Source of the DNA: an uncultured Agromyces sp.
Lineage (GTDB): Bacteria; Actinomycetota; Actinomycetes; Actinomycetales; Microbacteriaceae
Reading direction: 5' to 3'
Assembly: GCA_965652625.1 (NCBI GenBank)
Contig: CBFGWW010000001.1
Coordinates: forward strand, 1-53,050
Length of the DNA: 53,050 nucleotides
Below the pieces are notes generated by a model. It ran no database searches and had not been told where the DNA came from. It worked only from the letters and a program-made list of their open reading frames with translations. Shown piece after piece: positions 45,353 to 53,050 of this stretch; positions within the stretch are counted from its first letter, which is position 1; each line of letters begins with the position of its first letter. Position numbers and translations under genes: made by a program.

Positions 45353-48246
45353 CCGTCGGCGTTGCCGTCGGTCACGCGGTGCACCAGTCGCGCGAGCTCC
45401 ACGCGGTTCGCGGTGCCGGTCTTCGCGAGCAGGTGCGACACGTGCGTGCTCACGGTCTTCTCGCTGATCATGAGCGTGCGAGCGATCTCGGCGTAGGTGC
45501 GGCCGACCGCGACGAGGTCGAGCACATCGCGCTCGCGTTCGGTGAGGCCGGGCAGTGCGGCCGGTGCAGCGGATGCCGCGCCGCCGGGCTCCTCGATCGG
45601 GACCCGTGCTCGGGCGGCGAGGTCGAGCAGCTCGCCCTCGACGGGCCTCGCGCCCAGCCGGCGTGCGAGTGCGAGCCCGGTGCGCAGCATCTCGACGCCC
45701 CTCTGCCGGTCGTGGCCCCGGCCGAGCAGTGCCTCCGCGGCGCGCCAGCGCGCGTAGGCCTCCTCCCATGGGAGATGCGCATCGGCGCAGGCCTCGACCG
45801 TCTCCGTCCACCGGAGCGCTGCGGCGGCATCCGCTCGCGCACGAGCGCGCTCGGCGACGTACATGTCGTCGAGCGCATCCACCTGGTGTCGCATGAGCTC
45901 CGTCCATGTTCCCGAGTCCTCGATGATGTGGGGGAAGCGCTCGACGAGGGCGTCGAGGGTCGCGAGTATCGCATCCGTCGGTTCACCGCCGTCCCTCGCT
46001 GCCTGCGCCCGGTCGGCGAGTGCCCTGGCCGCGAACGGCAGGAGCCACTCCGCCATGGTCGGCGGGACCCCGCGATCGATGGCGCCCTCGAGCGCGGCGT
46101 CGTAGGCGCCGACGGGGTCGCCCGCGCCGAGCCGGACCTCGGCACGGACCGCGTCGTATTCGACGGCCAGGAACGCCGACCCGTCCACGACGAGTTCCTC
46201 GACCCGCAGCAGGTGCCCCTCGGCCTCCCGCTGTCGCCCCTGGAGCACGGCGAGTCGTGCGGCCGCCAGGCGCGCCTCCAGGTCGCCGAGCGGACCGGGG
46301 TCGGAGCCGAGCGCCACCCGGAGCCGTTCGTCGGCCTCGTGCCAGCCGCCCACGGTCAACCATGAGCTGGCCTCCGCAGCCGAGAGCCACGCGATGTACG
46401 CGTGCGGTCCGCCGTGCGCCTCCAGTTCGAGTCGGCGGTCCCGCATCCGGAGTGCGAAGGCCTCGCTCGCCCAGGTCTCGATGGCGTTCGCCTCCCACAT
46501 CGACGCGTGCACGAACGCCCACCATGCTCGCGCCTCGAGGGCGGGCACCTGGGCTGCTCGCCCGAGCTCGGCCGCGACGGCCGTCTCCCCCGCGAAGTTC
46601 GCCGCCATCGAACCGGCCGAGAGCGCGAGCGAGAGCGCCTGTGGATCTCCCGCCGCGCGGGCCACGTCGATCGCGGTTCGCGCATGTCCGAGAGCAGCCG
46701 GGTCGCCGGCCCAGAGTTCCGCGTGCGCCAGTTCTGCAAGCGCGATCGCGTACTCGCGACTCGACGTGTCGGCCGATGCGAGCCCGACGGCCTCCCGCAT
46801 CTCGTCGACCTCGATGAAGGACCTTCCGCGCATGAACCGCAGGTGCATGCGCCGGACGCGGAGCTCGGCCGCGACGAGCGGCTCCGCGCGTTCGTCCACC
46901 CGCGCCAGCAGGGCCTCGACGGCGTCGAACTCCTCGCCGGTGGCGCCGGCATCGGCCGCCGCGTGCCGGAGCCGTCGGAGCAGGTCGTCGAGCGACGGCG
47001 TGACGTCGTCGAGGTCCTCGCGCAGGCTGACCGCGCGCCGGAGCAGCCGGAGTTCCTCGGCACGGCCGGCGGCGTCGCCCGCCGCGGCGGCGGCACGCAG
47101 GGCCCAGTCGAAGGCGACGCGGGTCTCGCCGGCGCGGTACCGGTGATCGGCGATGGCGATCACCGACGCCGCAGGAGCCGGATCCCGGAGTCGTGCCTCC
47201 AGGAGCTCCGCGAACCGACGATGCCATTCGCGCCGTTCGTCCTCCCCGAGCGAGGCCTCGAGCACCTCGGCGTTCATGGGGTGGTGGAACCAGTACGCGC
47301 CGTCGTCGAGCAGGTCGAGCGTCCCCACGTCGACCGCTTCGGTGAGGCGGGCGCGGATCGCGTCCACCGACACGTCGGCATCGACCACCTCGGCGAGCTC
47401 CCCCGCGTGCATCGCGACGCCGCCCACGGCCAGCACCGTGGCGAGCCGGCGCGTCTCCGGCGTCAGGCGGAACCATGCCTGCAGCACTGCCGAACTGAGG
47501 TCGGCGGGGAACGTCTCGGGCGCTGCCCGCGCATCCGCGGGCAGCCCGGTGACCATGAGGCGGGTGAAGTAGGGGTTGCCTCGGGTGCGACCGTGCACGT
47601 CGTCGATCAGCGACTGGTGCGGAACCGCGCCGAGGAGCGCCTGCAGCTGTTCGGCGGTGCCCGCACGGTCGAGCGGGTCGAGCGCGAGCTCGGACATGCG
47701 GGGCAGCCGGCGGACGTCCGCGAGCCACCGCTGCAGCGGATGCCCCAGGCCCACCTCGCCCGCGCGCAGCGTGGCGATCACGCTCAGGCGGCGTCGTGCG
47801 GGGCCTGCGATGACGTACATGAGCGCATCGAGCGTCGACTGGTCGGCCCACTGCACGTCGTCGACGACGAGTACGACCGGACGCTCCCGGCATCGCCGGC
47901 CGAGCCAGTCGTCGAAGCGCACGGTGAGATCGCGGTCGTCGGCGTCGAGCTCGACTCCGCCCTCGTCGTCATCCTCGTCCATCGCGCGCAGGGCGGCGCG
48001 GATCGGCATCAGCGGAATCGACATCGACGTGAGCGGCAGGCACGCCCCGAAGATCGTCAGCGCCCGACGGCCGTTCGAGCAGGCGTGCGCCACCAACGCC
48101 GTCTTTCCCACGCCGGCGTCGCCGGAGACGACGAGGGCCTGCGCCTCCTCGGCAGCGGATCGGTCGAGGAGCCCCCTGATGGTCCCGAGTTCACGCTCGC
48201 GCCCGACGAACACCGGCGACGACGGCTCGGGTGGCACGGCCACCAC
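45349..48246 (-). CDS. Large ATP-binding LuxR-family regulator (LAL/STAND)
   Basis: FVGREREL, Walker A GDAGVGKT, Walker B VVDDVQWAD, GNPYF, helical repeats, C-terminal LTERERDVL..ISEKTVSTHVS HTH; start may be 48243. Confidence 0.92.
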   Translation of the reverse strand: MVAVPPEPSSPVFVGRERELGTIRGLLDRSAAEEAQALVVSGDAGVGKTALVAHACSNGRRALTIFGACLPLTSMSIPLMPIRAALRAMDEDDDEGGVELDADDRDLTVRFDDWLGRRCRERPVVLVVDDVQWADQSTLDALMYVIAGPARRRLSVIATLRAGEVGLGHPLQRWLADVRRLPRMSELALDPLDRAGTAEQLQALLGAVPHQSLIDDVHGRTRGNPYFTRLMVTGLPADARAAPETFPADLSSAVLQAWFRLTPETRRLATVLAVGGVAMHAGELAEVVDADVSVDAIRARLTEAVDVGTLDLLDDGAYWFHHPMNAEVLEASLGEDERREWHRRFAELLEARLRDPAPAASVIAIADHRYRAGETRVAFDWALRAAAAAGDAAGRAEELRLLRRAVSLREDLDDVTPSLDDLLRRLRHAAADAGATGEEFDAVEALLARVDERAEPLVAAELRVRRMHLRFMRGRSFIEVDEMREAVGLASADTSSREYAIALAELAHAELWAGDPAALGHARTAIDVARAAGDPQALSLALSAGSMAANFAGETAVAAELGRAAQVPALEARAWWAFVHASMWEANAIETWASEAFALRMRDRRLELEAHGGPHAYIAWLSAAEASSWLTVGGWHEADERLRVALGSDPGPLGDLEARLAAARLAVLQGRQREAEGHLLRVEELVVDGSAFLAVEYDAVRAEVRLGAGDPVGAYDAALEGAIDRGVPPTMAEWLLPFAARALADRAQAARDGGEPTDAILATLDALVERFPHIIEDSGTWTELMRHQVDALDDMYVAERARARADAAAALRWTETVEACADAHLPWEEAYARWRAAEALLGRGHDRQRGVEMLRTGLALARRLGARPVEGELLDLAARARVPIEEPGGAASAAPAALPGLTERERDVLDLVAVGRTYAEIARTLMISEKTVSTHVSHLLAKTGTANRVELARLVHRVTDGNADG

Positions 48247-48273
48247 CCCAGTCTGGCACCGCTGCGCGCGCAG

Positions 48274-48302
48274 ATCTCAGGATGTTCCGCCCCCATCTCA
48301 GG
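48274..48302 (+). promoter_or_regulatory. Direct repeat, candidate LuxR-HTH operator
   Basis: ATCTCAGG at 48274 and 48295 (21-bp period) in the divergent intergenic region. Confidence 0.45.
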
Positions 48303-48374
48303 GGTCGCACCCGATTCGGCGGACCGGTCAGGGGCGGAGCGTGGTGCCGTCCGATTCCCTGAAAGGCAACGATC

Positions 48375-48617
48375 ATGTCCAGTGCACGCACCGTCGGCGC
48401 ATCCCTCGTCATCGCCGCGTTCCTCACGACGGCCATCGCCGCCCCCGCATCCGCCCGCCCCGAGGCGGCGCCCACCGCTCCATCCGTGCAGTCCCACGGG
48501 TTCGGCCAGTGCTCGCTGCAGCGCATCGGCGACCAGCTCGTCCGCTGCGACGACCTGACCGGTGCCGGCGTCAGGGCACCGTCCTGGATCCCCGAGCAGC
48601 AACCACGCTTCTTCTGA
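48375..48617 (+). CDS. Small secreted protein with two cysteines
   Basis: GAAAGG RBS; signal peptide ending in ASA; mature part QCSLQRIGDQLVRCDDLTGAGVRAPSWIPEQ. Confidence 0.75.
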   Translation: MSSARTVGASLVIAAFLTTAIAAPASARPEAAPTAPSVQSHGFGQCSLQRIGDQLVRCDDLTGAGVRAPSWIPEQQPRFF

Positions 48618-48719
48618 GGAGCACGCCTCTTCTGACGGGTGCGCCGGACGTGGACCGGTGCACCCGTCTCATGTCGGCGCGACGTGACGACGCACTGCGA
48701 GGTGTCGCGCATCCGACGG

Positions 48720-48748
48720 CGGTGCGCCGGGTCAGGGACGGCGCACCG
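48720..48748. terminator. Hairpin at the ctaB 3' end
   Basis: CGGTGCGCCG...CGGCGCACCG between convergent genes. Confidence 0.55.
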
Positions 48749-48757
48749 TCCCCCGGC

Positions 48758-49681
48758 TCAGAACGGGAGCAGCGGGTCGATCCCGATGGCGAGGAACAGC
48801 AGCGAGAGGTACGCGATCGAACCGTGGAAGACGCGCATCGGCGAGACCTGCTCGTGACGGATCGCGAGGTTGTAGAGGCGGTGCGTCTCGTAGATGAACC
48901 AGGTGCCGGTCACCACGGCGACCGTCGAGTAGAGCAGCCCCATGCCAGCGACGGGGATGAGCAGCAGCGAGCACGCGACCGTCGCCCACGCGTAGAGGAT
49001 CACCTGCAGGCCGACCTGGGCCCGGCCGCGCACGACGGCGAGCATCGGCACGCCGGCGGCGGCGTAGTCGTCCTTGTACTTCATCGAGAGCGGCCAGTAG
49101 TGCGGCGGCGTCCAGAGGAAGATGATGAGGAACAGGATGAACGGCGTCCAGCTCAGGCTGCCGGTGACGGCCGCCCAGCCGATGAGCACCGGCATGCAGC
49201 CGGCGACGCCGCCCCAGACGATGTTCTGCGACGTGCGGCGCTTGAGGATGAGGCTGTAGAAGACGACGTAGAGCAGGATCGCGGCGAGCGAGAGCAGCGC
49301 GGCGAGCCAGTTGGTGAAGACCCAGAGCCAGACGATGGATGCCGCGCCGAGCCCGTATGCGAAGACGAGCGCCTCGCGGTCGGTGAGCTCGCCGGTGACG
49401 AGCGGGCGGCCGCGCGTGCGCCGCATGACGCGGTCGATGTCGCGGTCGATGTAGCAGTTGAACGCACCGGCGGAGCCGGCGCTCATCGCCCCGCCGATGA
49501 GGGTGGCCACGAGCAGCCAGAGGTTCGGGAGCCCGTCCTGGGCGAGGATCATCGTGGGTGCGGTGACCACGAGCAGGAGCTCGATGACACGCGGCTTGGT
49601 GAGGGCGAGGTACGCGGCGAGCTTCCGCCGTACCGTCATCGCCGGACGCGACTCGCGTGTGTGTACGGCTGCTGCCTGCAT
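48758..49681 (-). CDS. ctaB: Heme O synthase (protoheme IX farnesyltransferase)
   Basis: [45 protein letters not shown]; AGAGGA RBS before ATG 49681. Confidence 0.95.
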   Translation of the reverse strand: MQAAAVHTRESRPAMTVRRKLAAYLALTKPRVIELLLVVTAPTMILAQDGLPNLWLLVATLIGGAMSAGSAGAFNCYIDRDIDRVMRRTRGRPLVTGELTDREALVFAYGLGAASIVWLWVFTNWLAALLSLAAILLYVVFYSLILKRRTSQNIVWGGVAGCMPVLIGWAAVTGSLSWTPFILFLIIFLWTPPHYWPLSMKYKDDYAAAGVPMLAVVRGRAQVGLQVILYAWATVACSLLLIPVAGMGLLYSTVAVVTGTWFIYETHRLYNLAIRHEQVSPMRVFHGSIAYLSLLFLAIGIDPLLPF

Positions 49682-49996
49682 CGTTCCTCTTCTGGGCGCG
49701 GGTGTCTCGACCACTCCCCGCGCGGCCTCCATCGATTCTAGGACATGCCCGCGCGAGGGTGCGGGGAATGCGCTTTCCCCCTCACATCACGCGGAGTCGC
49801 GTGTGAGTCACAGCCCGTCACACTGGGCCCGGAATCCATATACTGAGGAATGCGCGCCCGGCTTCGCGGGTTCGACCGAGAGGGCGTCTCGCCGCCGGTC
49901 GGATCCGTCGCCCGGGCGGAACCGCGCCGCAACGTCCTCGGCGGGTCGGGGCCGGTCGGTTCCCGACGCCGTCACGATCGGAAGGAACATCACCTC

Positions 49997-52087
<2,091 letters not shown>

Positions 52088-52111
52088 CGGGCGAGAAGGA
52101 GAATCACCGAC

Positions 52112-53050
52112 ATGGCCACGCAGACCCAGTCCACCCAGTCCCCCACCGAGGCCCTCTCGCAGGCCGGCGTCAGCATCTGGCTCGACGACCTCTCGCGCGA
52201 GCGCATCACGTCGGGCGGCCTCGCGCGCCTGATCGCCGACCGCAACGTCGTGGGCGTCACCACCAACCCGACGATCTTCGCGGGCGCGCTCTCGAAGGGC
52301 GACGCCTACACCGAGCAGCTGCACGCGCTCGCGGAGTCCGGCGCGGACCTCGACACGGCCGTGTTCGAGACCACGACCGACGACGTGCGCGACGCTGCCG
52401 ACATCCTGCGTCCCGTCTACGACGCCACGGGCGGCTACGACGGCCGGGTGTCGATCGAGGTCGCTCCCGACCTCGCGCACGACACGACGGCGACCATCGA
52501 GCAGGCGCACGCCCTGTGGGAGAAGGTCGACCGGCCGAACGTGATGATCAAGATCCCGGCGACCGTCGAAGGGCTGGATGCGATCACCGCGGCGATCGGC
52601 GCGGGCATCAGCGTGAACGTCACCCTGATCTTCAGCCTCGACCGGTACCGCGCGGTCATCGACGCGTACCTCGCTGGACTCGAGCAGGCCAAGGCCGCCG
52701 GGATCGACCTCTCCACGATCCACTCGGTCGCGTCGTTCTTCGTCTCCCGGGTCGACACCGAGATCGACAAGCGCCTGGCCGCGATCGGCACCGACGAAGC
52801 GCTCGCGCTGAAGAGCAAGGCCGGCGTCGCCAACGCACAGCTCGCCTACGAGCTCTACGAAGAGGTGTTCGCCGGCGATCGCGCCGCCGCCCTGCTGGCC
52901 GCCGGTGCGAACCGGCAGCGGCCGCTGTGGGCGTCGACCGGGGTGAAGGACCCGGCGCTCCCCGACACCCTGTACGTGGTCGAGCTGGTCGCCGAGGGCG
53001 TGGTGAACACGATGCCCGAGAAGACCCTCGAGGCCACCTTCGACCACGGC
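52112..53050 (+). CDS. tal: Transaldolase (runs off the window end)
   Basis: [39 protein letters not shown]. Confidence 0.96.
   Translation, partial: MATQTQSTQSPTEALSQAGVSIWLDDLSRERITSGGLARLIADRNVVGVTTNPTIFAGALSKGDAYTEQLHALAESGADLDTAVFETTTDDVRDAADILRPVYDATGGYDGRVSIEVAPDLAHDTTATIEQAHALWEKVDRPNVMIKIPATVEGLDAITAAIGAGISVNVTLIFSLDRYRAVIDAYLAGLEQAKAAGIDLSTIHSVASFFVSRVDTEIDKRLAAIGTDEALALKSKAGVANAQLAYELYEEVFAGDRAAALLAAGANRQRPLWASTGVKDPALPDTLYVVELVAEGVVNTMPEKTLEATFDHG

Overview
High-GC (~72%) actinobacterial chromosome segment. Gene order and content point to Microbacteriaceae (Microbacterium/Agromyces-like); this is an inference. It is mostly core genes: SURF1, an ABC-F ATPase, an AlkZ-like glycosylase, YceI, a NagZ-type GH3 divergent from a lytic transglycosylase, an Lrp-bkd E1a/E1b/E2 cluster, glutathione peroxidase, tRNA-Ala(GGC), rplU-rpmA-obgE-proB-proA-nadD-rsfS, rne, VKOR, ileS (with a translational T-box)-folC-ndk, valS, dcp, sufBD-Rieske-sufC-sufT, ctaA, ctaB, tkt and a partial tal. 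Three signals stand out. (1) A non-palindromic DNA word, (C)GGATGCC(GCG)/(CGC)GGCATCC(G), occurs about 75 times by eye, in both orientations. It is often written into genes with otherwise avoided codons and forms inverted pairs in terminator-like hairpins, the pattern seen for DNA-uptake sequences. (2) A 405-bp, ~61% GC insertion splits the 5' end of the DUF4031 gene. It is bounded by an 18-bp direct repeat and carries a small two-TM protein gene plus an apparent replacement promoter and start for the host gene. (3) An accessory LuxR-type STAND/LAL regulator is divergently paired with an 80-aa secreted two-cysteine protein between ctaA and ctaB. No CRISPR array, rRNA, transposase or integrase was seen.
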